A stretch of 64,000 bases of DNA from Nitrosopumilaceae archaeon (GTDB lineage: Archaea > Thermoproteota > Nitrososphaeria > Nitrososphaerales > Nitrosopumilaceae), in assembly GCA_965203465.1 (NCBI GenBank), contig CBDBCR010000001.1, forward strand, positions 128,001 through 192,000. Reading direction: 5' to 3'. The number at the start of each line of letters is the position of its first letter. The first letter of the stretch is position 1. Below, in pieces: positions 39,261 to 49,133 of the stretch. A program made the position numbers and the translations under genes. Below the pieces are notes generated by a model. That model was not told the DNA's origin, did no database searches, and saw only the letters and a program-made list of their open reading frames with translations.

Positions 39261-40751
39261 TCAGACCATCAGCAGGAACATGGACGCGGGGATCATCGCG
39301 CATTCCCTGTGCTCCGAGAGGCGATCCCGCGTCACCATCAGCGCCCTGCGCCCGCGCGCGGCCCTCTTGAAGTTTATCAGCCCGTCCAGATCCCTGTTGT
39401 TTATGCTGCGCTGGAACTTTACTTCGATAGGCACCTCGATACCCGCACCGTCGTTGTACACCAAGTCCACCTCGGAGCCGCGGCTGTGCCAGTAATGTAC
39501 ATGGTTGGAGCTGACGAACGTCCGTTTTTTCCGGCTGCGCAGGAACGCCAGCCTGATCAGGTGGTTTGCCACGACGCCCTCTACCAGCCTGCTCTGGTTG
39601 TGCGGCTGTTCCACGAACCCCCTCCAAGCCTCGAATGAAGGCGTGCCCGAGATCCACCCGTTGAGCACGCTGAAATAAAACGGATCCTGAAAGTGGATCT
39701 TTTTCTTTTTTCGGCCAATGGCCCTTTTGCGCGCTGGGTCGTACTGGTAGAGCACGGACACGACGAACATGTCTTCGAGGGTGCCCACGTACCGCGAGGC
39801 CGTGTACTCTGTCCGCACGTCCGTGCCTTTTCTGAGCGACCCCCACGACGTCGTCATGCCGGCAGCCCCGCACAGCCTTTCTGCCACCTGCCTCAGCGCG
39901 CCTTCCCTCCTGTAGAACGCCCCAAAGTCTTCCTGGATCGCCCCGAGATGATCCGCGTACGTGGATTCGGCCACCGCCTTGCCCTCCCTGTACTCGCCGG
40001 CCGCCCTTGGCACCCCGCCGGTCAGCATGTAGTCCTCCAGGTGCCTGTCGAGGGCCGGCGCGCGGGCGAGTATGTCGTGCAGCACGGGGGGCACCCTGTT
40101 GTTAAAGACGTACCGCTCAAAGATCTCTTTTCTCTGCGCGGGGCGCCGGAAGTTCTTTTCGACGATCCGGGCGATCTCTTGATCCATCACGGAGGCAAAC
40201 TCGGAAAACTTCATCGGCAGCATGGCCTTGTCCACGTCGGCCAGCTCGCCCCTGCGCCCCGGAAGCCTCTCGGCGGACCGCCTCGGATCGGCGAAGGATC
40301 CGATTACGATCACGGTGCAGTTGTCCAGCCTCTTTTGATCCCACAGGCGCTTGACGCCTTTCTGCCAGTCCCGGACAGACGAGATCTCGTCAAGAAATAG
40401 GTAGCACCTGCCTCTCCCCCTGTTGTCGGCGGTGTTGTCCAGATAGCCCTTGACCAGCGAGACCAACTCCTTCGGGCCGTCTTTCGCGCAGAACGAACGG
40501 TACATGACGTTCCACGGCGAGGCGCCCCCGCGCACGAGCTCCCGTATGAGCGCCTTTACCGCGGTGGTCTTGCCTATCCGTCTCGGGCCGCGCAGCGAAT
40601 ACACGGAATCCCCGCCGAAATCAAACTCGCGCATGATCTCGGGCTCCCATTTTGCGGACGAGCCGGACCGTCGGACGAGCAGGGGATCGGAATCAACCTT
40701 TGAGGGGTCGCCCCACCACGGATTGTCTTCGACGAGTTCCTTGGGGAGCAC
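39261..40751 (-). CDS. AAA_14/DUF4143-type ATP-binding protein
   Basis: Motifs NPWW, GPRRIGKT, FLDEI, PMKFSEF, YMLTGGVP, KKIHFQDP and EVDLV...IEVK. Confidence 0.92.
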   Translation of the reverse strand: MLPKELVEDNPWWGDPSKVDSDPLLVRRSGSSAKWEPEIMREFDFGGDSVYSLRGPRRIGKTTAVKALIRELVRGGASPWNVMYRSFCAKDGPKELVSLVKGYLDNTADNRGRGRCYLFLDEISSVRDWQKGVKRLWDQKRLDNCTVIVIGSFADPRRSAERLPGRRGELADVDKAMLPMKFSEFASVMDQEIARIVEKNFRRPAQRKEIFERYVFNNRVPPVLHDILARAPALDRHLEDYMLTGGVPRAAGEYREGKAVAESTYADHLGAIQEDFGAFYRREGALRQVAERLCGAAGMTTSWGSLRKGTDVRTEYTASRYVGTLEDMFVVSVLYQYDPARKRAIGRKKKKIHFQDPFYFSVLNGWISGTPSFEAWRGFVEQPHNQSRLVEGVVANHLIRLAFLRSRKKRTFVSSNHVHYWHSRGSEVDLVYNDGAGIEVPIEVKFQRSINNRDLDGLINFKRAARGRRALMVTRDRLSEHRECAMIPASMFLLMV

Positions 40752-40954
40752 CGCGGCCGCCCCGGGACGCGCTCATATATCTTGTAAAATTCTGCTGTTG
40801 GGTTGTTTAAATACTCGGGGAAAGCTCGTTGCGGGGTCTTTTTTATGGATCGGGCCTGCGATGCCGAAACCGTTTCGCTTGCCGGCGGGCCGGCCAAATG
40901 CATGCCTGCGCTACCCGGCATCTGGATTGGCGGGACGCTGCCGGCCGGCCTTGG

Positions 40955-41968
40955 CTACGCGAGGCCCTCGTCCGCCCGGTATTCGGAGCCGTGGGTCAGC
41001 ATGTGCCAGACTATCTTGGTCAGGCTGTGCGCTACGGAAACCATGGCTTTCTTTTCGTGCATCTTTTTTGAAAGCCTCTCGTATTTGGCGGACATGCGGG
41101 CGTCATGGCGCGCCGCGCCGGCGGCGGCCTCCATCATGGCGTGCCTGAGCCACGCGGTCCCCCTTTTTGCCGAGCCGCCGGCCTCGGCCCTTCTGTCCGG
41201 GCGGGACGGCAAAAGGCCCGCGTACGAGACCAGTTTTTCCACGGTGCCGAACCTCTTTACGTCGGCGATCTCTGCCACTATGGCCAGCGCGGGTACGTAC
41301 CCGATCCCCGCTATCGTCGTGATGCGCCTTGCCCCCTCGTCGTCCGCGTACTCGGCGACGATCTTGCGCTCCAGGTTCTCCGTGTGCTCCTGCAGCGTCT
41401 CCAGCACGTCGAGGCACGAGTCGAGCGCCATTCTGTTCACGGGCGAGACGCTCGCGGCACGCATCCGCCCCATGTCCGCCTTTGAAAAGTCCTCCGCCGG
41501 CAGCCCGTGATCGTACTCTTCCAGAATGGCCGTTATCCTGTTCTTCTGGTGCGCGGCCGCGCGGACTATGTCGAGCCGGGTCCTGGTCAGGACGCGCAGG
41601 TTCCTGTAGCGCTCGTCGGGCACGAACGATTCGCGCACCAGGCCGATGCAGAGCAGATCCGCGAGCACCTCAGAGTCCGACCTGCCGCCTCTCACGTTCG
41701 CCTGGTCTACGGTCTCGATGTTGGATCCGTACGCCAAGACGGTGTCTATGCCGCACTCTTCCAGCGTGTCGTGCAGCGTCGCCCAGTAGCTGCCGTCCGA
41801 CGAGCAGGCGGCCTTGGCGTCCCCGTGCGTCTTTTTCACGCGCTCTGCGAACGCCTCAATGTCCTTTTTGTCGTTCCTGAATTCGGCGCGCTCTATCGTG
41901 CCGCCGGAATCGGACTTTACCGTGGCCTCGCACGTCTTTCTGTGCACGTATATCCCGATGTTGATCAA
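40955..41968 (-). mobile_element. IS110-family recombinase/transposase, full length but catalytically degenerate
   Basis: IS110 architecture (LRVLTRTR, ITTIAGIG, AEIADVKRF, SYAGL, KRG.WLR), but GID is GIY, CES is CSS, KxD is RGG and the Ser-Gly loop is missing. Confidence 0.9.
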
Positions 41969-42289
41969 CGCGCCGCCCCCGGAACGGCCGGATTTGTAGA
42001 TTTGCCCGACCGGGCGCAAGGAACACGTCCGCTTGGCCGGCGCCACGCTCGTCTGTTGCCGGTTCCCGTGCCCATCTAGGAACGCCCTGCCTATCCCCAC
42101 AGATAAGTTTGAGGGAGGCACGATTCAGGCCTACGCCATGCATCCGGGGCGCCGGGCCGACGCTTCTGACAAACCGATATGCCGGCTTACGTGTACTGCT
42201 TGTGCCTTTGTAGATTGCATTGCGGCTCGGCCGGCGTGGGTGCGGGGCCGGGGGTGGCACTATTATAGCCTGATAGATGGGGGACGAAG

Positions 42290-44101
42290 ATGTTTGGCGT
42301 TGCGAGGTTCGGGGAAACCGGCCTGTGGGCGGTTCCGGCGGTCATGCTGGTGGCCTGTGGGCTGTTTTTGGCCGTGCCGGATGACGATGGCTTGCCCAGC
42401 TCTGCGGTGCCGTATACCGAGACTAAGTTGGTACCAGAGGTCTCACATGTGTTCAGCTCGTCGGATACGGTAGAATCACGACTAGAGTCCGCCGAGTATG
42501 CCCAACAGGGGATCGTAACATCAAACGACGCAAAGACCACCGCAGCTCAAAACGTGGTAGTTTATCCGGCAGCATTCGCAAACATGCACGATGTTATGTA
42601 CACTAGGTATCTTCTGCCGTACGGCGACATCTGCGTGTTTGACGACGAGGGGAACTTGTATGGTGGCTCTGAAAACTACGTGTTCCGGGCAGACGTATCG
42701 GAAGGGGCTGTGACAAAATGGATAATACCGCATGATTCTACTTTTTACGGATGTGAGGATACGGATTCGGCCGGACGGTTTTATTTCACTACCGGTGCCA
42801 ATAACCTTATCACTGATTTCAATACACTATTGCGTCTCAATCCTGCCAATAATTCGTTTACAAACTACGGTCTTGCAACACGTTCTGCCATTGTCGATTC
42901 TGGCGATGATGTGTATATGCACCAGCTTGGATACACGTATGTATTGGAAGGAAGCAGAGACACAAAAGTGTTCGTTAGTCATCTTGGCATATCGGTAGAC
43001 TACGATCCAGATGATGAATGGCATCAATGCAATGTTAGATGTTTCGACGTACAAGATACGTGTGACAATGCTTGTGAAGACGCACAACGATCGTGCGAAC
43101 AAGCATGCGATAACTCACAACAATGCCTTGATGCATGTAATACTACTGAGTCTCAATGCGAAGATGCTTGTGCAGATGAGCGCTTTGGGTGTGAAGATGC
43201 GTGCTATGCAGGACCTGGCAGAATCGACGAGAACGATTCGGTGTATAATGTAGTACAATTTCTAGGCTCTGGTGTGTCCGGGCCGGCTACCGTGTCCGTC
43301 TTGTCTTCTGACAGCTCCGTTCTGGGAACCGCTTCGGTGCTTCCTGACCGCCGCGGAATCGTTTTCGCAGAAGTCAGAGTCCCGGTAGATGTCACATCTG
43401 GAACCTTCGACAGAGAATCTCATACTTGGGACATACCGCCAGGCCCGTACAGCACCACCGGGCGCCACACTCTAGTACTGGAAGATTTGTCGCAGACTGC
43501 CAGCACGGAGTTCGAATTGGATCCCAACAGGATAATCACGCCTGCACCGTCCCCTCTTGAACAACATTCTGGAGGAACATATTTTCACCGTGCATTGGTA
43601 GCAAAATTAGACACCGACACCAATAGGCTCACTACGTTTTATGGCAACATTTCAGACTCGGGATACAGCGTGATTGCACTAGATCCATCAGGCCGTTTGT
43701 ATTTGGAAGGAGACAACTATATCGCAAGATTCGATCCAGTTTCCAACGAATTGAAAGAGTGGTACGTTGGTTCAGCCGATGCCATAACACAATACGGCGC
43801 ATACGACAAAAAAGTATACTATGTCGAGAGCCTACAGCACAGGACGATGCTAGCAGAACTGGACATGGAAGAAAACACGCTGCGCAAGTGGACTATGCCG
43901 CACCACCGGTCGCCAAGTTCCATAGCTGTAGACGGTCAAGGCGATGTGTTCTTGGCGTTTTATTTCAGTTCTTGGCTGAAATTCGTACCGTCGACTGGCA
44001 CGTTCACTGAGTTTGGCGATCCCGACCCATATCATTTTGAGATCGGCCCGCAGGATGTGCTCTATTGGGCACAAACTGACCGTGGTGGGATTATAAGATA
44101 G
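42290..44101 (+). CDS. Secreted beta-propeller protein (Vgb/NHL-like blades) with Cys-rich insert
   Basis: Signal anchor; repeated DxxGxxY...D(P)xxxxxTxW blades; 14-Cys CxxxC repeat segment; lower GC. Confidence 0.8.
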   Translation: MFGVARFGETGLWAVPAVMLVACGLFLAVPDDDGLPSSAVPYTETKLVPEVSHVFSSSDTVESRLESAEYAQQGIVTSNDAKTTAAQNVVVYPAAFANMHDVMYTRYLLPYGDICVFDDEGNLYGGSENYVFRADVSEGAVTKWIIPHDSTFYGCEDTDSAGRFYFTTGANNLITDFNTLLRLNPANNSFTNYGLATRSAIVDSGDDVYMHQLGYTYVLEGSRDTKVFVSHLGISVDYDPDDEWHQCNVRCFDVQDTCDNACEDAQRSCEQACDNSQQCLDACNTTESQCEDACADERFGCEDACYAGPGRIDENDSVYNVVQFLGSGVSGPATVSVLSSDSSVLGTASVLPDRRGIVFAEVRVPVDVTSGTFDRESHTWDIPPGPYSTTGRHTLVLEDLSQTASTEFELDPNRIITPAPSPLEQHSGGTYFHRALVAKLDTDTNRLTTFYGNISDSGYSVIALDPSGRLYLEGDNYIARFDPVSNELKEWYVGSADAITQYGAYDKKVYYVESLQHRTMLAELDMEENTLRKWTMPHHRSPSSIAVDGQGDVFLAFYFSSWLKFVPSTGTFTEFGDPDPYHFEIGPQDVLYWAQTDRGGIIR

Positions 44102-44103
44102 TC

Positions 44104-46338
44104 TTGGCACGCCACGCTGTAGTGATGTTGGCTGTCCTGCTGACAGCTGTCGTCTCTGTATCGTACGCCGTGTCTGGAATCGAGCTGTTCCCGTGGACAT
44201 CAGAGACCTCTTCATCCAACCGTCTTATATACAGCCAAGACACGCAAACAACGCTGTCGTCGCTGACCGACCAGTACTCTGTCCACCCTTCGTCCGCCAC
44301 GTCGTCGTATTCAAGCCGCTCGGTGTATCCGTCCACATCCACCACCACCGTGCCGGAGCTCACATCGTCGCATTCTGTATGGTACCATTCGTCCACATCT
44401 TCCAGCTACGGCAGCCAGACGTACACCACAGACACGACAAAGGCGTTCGTAAAGACGGTCTTTTCGTCCGAGACCGGCGCCGTCGAGGGTACCGTTCTGG
44501 CAGTCAAGCCTCTTGAAACCGTGGTGACGGCGAACTTTTCGTCGGAAACAAGCACGGTAGAGGGAAACGTCGTGCCGGTGGCACTCCCGGAGACCGCCGC
44601 CACCGATTCGTTCACGTCCGAGCAGGGCCGAGTCGAGGGCAGGGTGCTGCCTAGGGCAGAACAGCGGACGGTCTCGGATCTGGAGCCAGAGGCGACGTTC
44701 AGTGCCGGACAGCAAGAACTCATAATAGACAGCCACCGGACGATCCTTTCCAAGATATCTGTGACCGAGACAACAAACGATCCACGGCTCAGCCTCTTGA
44801 ACCTGCTCGGCACAGGACGGGACGACAGAAAAACCGCCACGTACCCCAATGATCTGGACATAGATGTCTCGTCGGGGAACCTAGAGGCAACCATGTCGAT
44901 GGCAAGAGACACCACCGTGACCGGCTCGCCGAGCTGGGACGGCGTGATGGACTTGCCGCGGTTCGTGGATCATTCCAGCCCGTTTGGAGACGTGCATTCG
45001 GCCATACACGTCGGGCTGGACGGAGAGAGGCTGGAATTCGACAAGCCGGTAAGGATAGTCTTTCGCGACAGGGCGGGGCAAGCAGCGGCGTTCGAGATGG
45101 ACGGCCGGCACACCATGATCGACGCGCTGTGCAGGGCAGACGATGCTGGCATCGTGGACGCGCAGCTGGAGGGCACCGGCGAGTGCAGGATTGAGGCTGG
45201 CCCGGACTTGGCGGTGTGGACGTACCACCTGACCCGGTTCTACACGTTCGTGCTGTCGCCTCTGGCGGAGCCGTTGGAGCCTGCCGCAGAGCCGCCCGCA
45301 CAGATCCGCCGCGGTGGAGGCGGTGGAGGCGGAGGCGGCAGCATCACGGGCGCCGGCGCGGAGGGTCGATCCGCCCAAGTCTACATCCGATCCGTGTCGT
45401 GGGACTGCCAGGCCGGAACGGTGGCAGTAGAGGCTGGCCCGGACGACCAAAGTCTGGCAGTGTCCATTCTCAGCAAGACGCTGGGGCTTAGCATGGCAGA
45501 GGCTTCGGACGCTCTGTCACAGTCGGGATACCGAACGTTCGTGGCCCCCATGGACGCAGAGGACGACTTCATACAGGTCAAAGCTTTATCGGTAGGCGGG
45601 CGCGACTTTACGCAGGCCGTCGAACTGCTGGATCTGGACTCGTGCACGGGCACCAGAACTTTCCAGACTTCGCCAGAACGGGTTGCCGGACAGCCCCCCT
45701 CGACTCCCATGCCCGCGCAGGCCGGCGCGCCGGAACAGGTGACCGTCCCGAACCCTGCCCCCGAGCAGACACGCACGCCGGATCCCACACCGGAACAAGC
45801 TGCCAAAGAGATTGCCCGAGAGCCTGCGATCCCAGTACAGACGACAGAGCCGACGCAACCGGCTCAACCTGTCGACATCTGCGGCCCGGGCACGGTAATG
45901 GACTCAGACGGAACGTGCCAGCTGGCGCGCGAAGGGGGCGGGTGCCTGATAGCCACGGCCGCGCACGGCACCGAGCTTGCAGTACAGGTGCAGCGCCTCC
46001 GGGAAGTCCGCCAGACGGTCCTGTCCTCCGAATCGGGCGCCGAATTTATGGGCGCGTTCAACCGCGTCTACTATTCGTTCTCGCCCGCCGTGGCCGACAT
46101 GGAGCGGCAGAACCCCGTCCTGCGCGAGGCCGTCCGCATCGCGCTCGCACCCATGATGGCCACCCTGCAGATGATGGAATTTGCGGACACCGAGGCGCGC
46201 GCTGTAGCGCTCGGAATCCTGGCAATATCCCTGAACGTCGCAATGTACGGCTCGCCAGCGGCTCTGGCGATCCTGGCGCGCCGCCGTCGGAACGCCCGCG
46301 TCCGTCCGAAACCTTTAGGTCGGGCGGCCCGCCAATAG
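44104..46338 (+). CDS. Cell-surface protein with Ser/Thr-rich N-terminus, 25-aa repeats, poly-Gly, Pro-rich stalk and CFI-box-type C-terminal anchor domain
   Basis: Signal peptide; GGGCLIATAAHGTELAVQVQRLREVR...FNRVYYSFSP followed by a TM and RRRR. Confidence 0.88.
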   Translation: MARHAVVMLAVLLTAVVSVSYAVSGIELFPWTSETSSSNRLIYSQDTQTTLSSLTDQYSVHPSSATSSYSSRSVYPSTSTTTVPELTSSHSVWYHSSTSSSYGSQTYTTDTTKAFVKTVFSSETGAVEGTVLAVKPLETVVTANFSSETSTVEGNVVPVALPETAATDSFTSEQGRVEGRVLPRAEQRTVSDLEPEATFSAGQQELIIDSHRTILSKISVTETTNDPRLSLLNLLGTGRDDRKTATYPNDLDIDVSSGNLEATMSMARDTTVTGSPSWDGVMDLPRFVDHSSPFGDVHSAIHVGLDGERLEFDKPVRIVFRDRAGQAAAFEMDGRHTMIDALCRADDAGIVDAQLEGTGECRIEAGPDLAVWTYHLTRFYTFVLSPLAEPLEPAAEPPAQIRRGGGGGGGGGSITGAGAEGRSAQVYIRSVSWDCQAGTVAVEAGPDDQSLAVSILSKTLGLSMAEASDALSQSGYRTFVAPMDAEDDFIQVKALSVGGRDFTQAVELLDLDSCTGTRTFQTSPERVAGQPPSTPMPAQAGAPEQVTVPNPAPEQTRTPDPTPEQAAKEIAREPAIPVQTTEPTQPAQPVDICGPGTVMDSDGTCQLAREGGGCLIATAAHGTELAVQVQRLREVRQTVLSSESGAEFMGAFNRVYYSFSPAVADMERQNPVLREAVRIALAPMMATLQMMEFADTEARAVALGILAISLNVAMYGSPAALAILARRRRNARVRPKPLGRAARQ

Positions 46339-46344
46339 ACGCAG

Positions 46345-46668
46345 ATGTCCAGGCGCCGCAAAGATCGCAAGACCCGGCAGGCGCGAGGGCGGCCAAAAGC
46401 CGACGGCCCGCAAGCCCGGCTCATAGACGCGTCCATGCTTGAACGCAGGCATGTACTGCTCCTGTACCTGCACCACCTGCATACCGGCAAGTCGGTGGAT
46501 GAAATAGCCGCCTCTTTCGGGATAGACCCGGACGGCCTGCGCGAGCGCTTTGAGTTCGCCGAACACGTGGTGGACAAGATCCTGCCTGCCGGAAAAACCA
46601 TATCCGAACGGATCCAAAAACGCTTGGCCGCGCGCGGCCAAGAGGCCGCCGGCGAGGGCCCCGCGTGA
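46345..46668 (+). mobile_element. IS5/Harbinger-like transposase HTH fragment (no DDE domain)
   Basis: RHVLLLYL...DEIAASFGID...VVDKILP resembles the HTH_Tnp_4 region. Confidence 0.5.
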
Positions 46669-46672
46669 ACGC

Positions 46673-47311
46673 TCATCCCTCCTCGGAGAGCGCCGCAAGG
46701 ACAGACATCACCGCGGCCCTGCCCGACTTTGGCATCCTCTCAAAGCCGGACAGCATGCCGCGGTACTCGTCGAGCGCCCCCCCCTGCGCCCCGCGCAGCT
46801 TGGCGGCGGTCACCGGCACCAGCTCCTCCATCTTCCCGTCGCAGTACCGCCGCACGTACCTCTCAAAGACCCCGGTCACCAGGCCGGGGGCCACGCGGTT
46901 CAGTACCGCCAGCCCGGCCAGCTCCGGGCCCGGCTCGGCGAAGAACCTGCGCGCGGCGGCCTCGCGCGCCCCCGAGCCGAACGAAAGGGCCGCCACGGCG
47001 CCGGCCTCGGTGAGCCTGTAATAGGGCATGCCCTCCTTTTGGAGCGACTTGGGGCCGCGCTTGATGGGCAGGCGGCCCTCCTCGGCGGCCAGGCCGCGGG
47101 GCACGAGCACGTCCTCAAAGTCCTTGAAGACCCCCGAATAGACGTTCTTCCACGGCGCGCTCCCCGATATCTTCTGCGCTATGGCCGTCCGCGTCCTGTC
47201 GCGCGCGGCCGAGCCCGAAGCCAGGGCCGCTATCACGCCGCGCTGCCTCTTTGCCTCGCCGGTCAGCTGATCCCTCCCCCGGAACGTCCTGAATATGGCA
47301 AGCTCGGCCAT
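46673..47311 (-). CDS. Winged-helix-like hypothetical protein divergent from amt
   Basis: Motifs TRTAIAQKI, WKNVYSGVFKD and YYRLTEAG (wing-like). Confidence 0.8.
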   Translation of the reverse strand: MAELAIFRTFRGRDQLTGEAKRQRGVIAALASGSAARDRTRTAIAQKISGSAPWKNVYSGVFKDFEDVLVPRGLAAEEGRLPIKRGPKSLQKEGMPYYRLTEAGAVAALSFGSGAREAAARRFFAEPGPELAGLAVLNRVAPGLVTGVFERYVRRYCDGKMEELVPVTAAKLRGAQGGALDEYRGMLSGFERMPKSGRAAVMSVLAALSEEG

Positions 47312-47331
47312 GCGCGCCTGCCGCGCGTGAC

Positions 47332-47344
47332 ACGTATTATACGT
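47332..47344. promoter_or_regulatory. Palindrome ACGTAT-T-ATACGT in the amt/regulator divergent promoter
   Basis: Perfect 6-1-6 inverted repeat overlapping the minus-strand TATA-like element. Confidence 0.5.
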
Positions 47345-47416
47345 TTTGTGATACTAACACCGGACGGCGTTTCAAAATCTTTAGGCTTAAATAATTTCCG
47401 CCGCGGCGGGGTGCCA

Positions 47417-48985
47417 ATGAAATCTAGGAACAACAAGTACGCTCTACTACTAGTTACCGCAGTCGCAGTCGCGTCTGCCGGCGCGATGTCTCAGGCATTC
47501 GCCCAGCAGGTGACCGACGGCATGGACGGGTACGTAAAGGGAACAAGCGGGATCTACACGGGCAACCCCAACGAGTGCTGGTACGACGACGGCGACGGCG
47601 GAATGCTGCCGTGCCGCATCGACACCGGCGACACCGCGTTCATGCTGACCGCCTCGTCCTTGGTGCTGTTCATGACCCCCGGCGTGGCATTCTTCTACGG
47701 CGGGCTGGCACGCTCCAAGAACGCCGTCAACGTGATCGGGATGACCTTCATCATCATGGGCCTCATGGCCGTGCAGTGGGTCGTCTTTGGATACTCGCTG
47801 GCGTTCGGGCCCATACCCGAAGGCAGCGACGCCAACATGTTCATGGGCAGCCTCGACTACGCCGGCCTCAACCAGGTCTCGGCATACGCGCCTCTGGGCT
47901 CGCCGGGTCCGTGCACCGACACATGGTCGGCCGCATACCAGATGCAGGTATTCCCAGAAGACGAGATCTGTAGCCAAGACTGGCCGGGAACGGTTCCGCA
48001 CCAGCTCTTCATGGCCTTCCAGGGCACGTTCGCCATCATCACGCCGGCCCTAATAGTCGGCGGCCTGATAGGCAGGATGAAGTTCAGCGCCCTGGTGATA
48101 TTCGTGCTCCTCTGGGGGACGTTCGTCTACGATCCGATAGCCCACTGGGTGTGGGGTGGCGGATACATAGGCGGCGGCGCCCTCGATCTGGATCCGGATC
48201 TGTCGCCTTCGTTCGCGCTTGACTTCGCGGGCGGTACCGTAGTACACATCTCTTCCGGCTTCTCTGCACTGGCCGCGGCCCTGATACTGGGACGCAGGCT
48301 GGGCTACGGCAAGATACCCATGGAGCCTCACAACGTACCGATGGTTGTGCTGGGCGCGTCCATACTCTGGTTTGGATGGTTCGGCTTCAACGCGGGCAGC
48401 GAGGTCATGGTGGACGGGATCACCGTCAGCGCCTGGGTGGTGACAAACATCGCCACGGGCATGGCTGCGGTGACCTGGCTGCTGATGAGCTGGGCGCACA
48501 CGGGCAAGCCTAGCATAGTGGGCGCCGCAACCGGCGCCGTCGCTGGCTTGGTCACGATCACGCCGGCATCCGGCTGGGTCGGCCCGATGGCCGCCATCAT
48601 CATGGGCATCGCCGCAGGCACCGTCTGTTACGGCTGCGTCGCGTTCAAGAACGCGCGCAAGTGGGACGACGCGCTAGACGTCTGGGGCGTCCACGGGATG
48701 GGCGGCCTGGTCGGCGCCATACTGACCGGCACGCTGGCAAGTCCCCACATCTGGGACACCGGCGACGGCATCGGCGCGTGGACCGGCACCCCGGAAGGCT
48801 ACGAACAGCAGGCGATAAGCATCATCGGCGCGGCCATATCCATAGGCTACGCGTTCGGTGTCACGGTAGTGATACTGAAGGTGATGGACGCCGTCTGGCC
48901 CGGCGGGATCCGAGTCACTCCCAAAGAGGAGGAACTCGGCCTCGACCTTGCGCAGCACGGCGAAAGGGCGTACGTCAACGAGTAG
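47417..48985 (+). CDS. amt: Ammonium transporter
   Basis: Motifs FMTPG.FFYGG, FQGTFAIIT, DFAGGTVVH, WFGWFGFNAGS, DDALDVWGVHG and GLDLAQHGE. Confidence 0.98.
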   Translation: MKSRNNKYALLLVTAVAVASAGAMSQAFAQQVTDGMDGYVKGTSGIYTGNPNECWYDDGDGGMLPCRIDTGDTAFMLTASSLVLFMTPGVAFFYGGLARSKNAVNVIGMTFIIMGLMAVQWVVFGYSLAFGPIPEGSDANMFMGSLDYAGLNQVSAYAPLGSPGPCTDTWSAAYQMQVFPEDEICSQDWPGTVPHQLFMAFQGTFAIITPALIVGGLIGRMKFSALVIFVLLWGTFVYDPIAHWVWGGGYIGGGALDLDPDLSPSFALDFAGGTVVHISSGFSALAAALILGRRLGYGKIPMEPHNVPMVVLGASILWFGWFGFNAGSEVMVDGITVSAWVVTNIATGMAAVTWLLMSWAHTGKPSIVGAATGAVAGLVTITPASGWVGPMAAIIMGIAAGTVCYGCVAFKNARKWDDALDVWGVHGMGGLVGAILTGTLASPHIWDTGDGIGAWTGTPEGYEQQAISIIGAAISIGYAFGVTVVILKVMDAVWPGGIRVTPKEEELGLDLAQHGERAYVNE

Positions 48986-49133
48986 GATTTCACTCTTCTT
49001 CTTTTTCACGTGCCATGGCGGGCCGGGGTGCGCGCGGCCGCCCGAATCCCATGACCGATCCGTCTTGAGGCCCGGATCCGGCGCGACTGCCGGAGCCCAA
49101 CACTAAAATCCGCGGCCGGGCGGCCGCACGGCG

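Noticed and set aside
39261-40751. AAA/DUF4143 ATPase as a defence system with the IS110-like gene
   Set aside because: It belongs to a common stand-alone family and has its own TATA-like element; only adjacency links the two.
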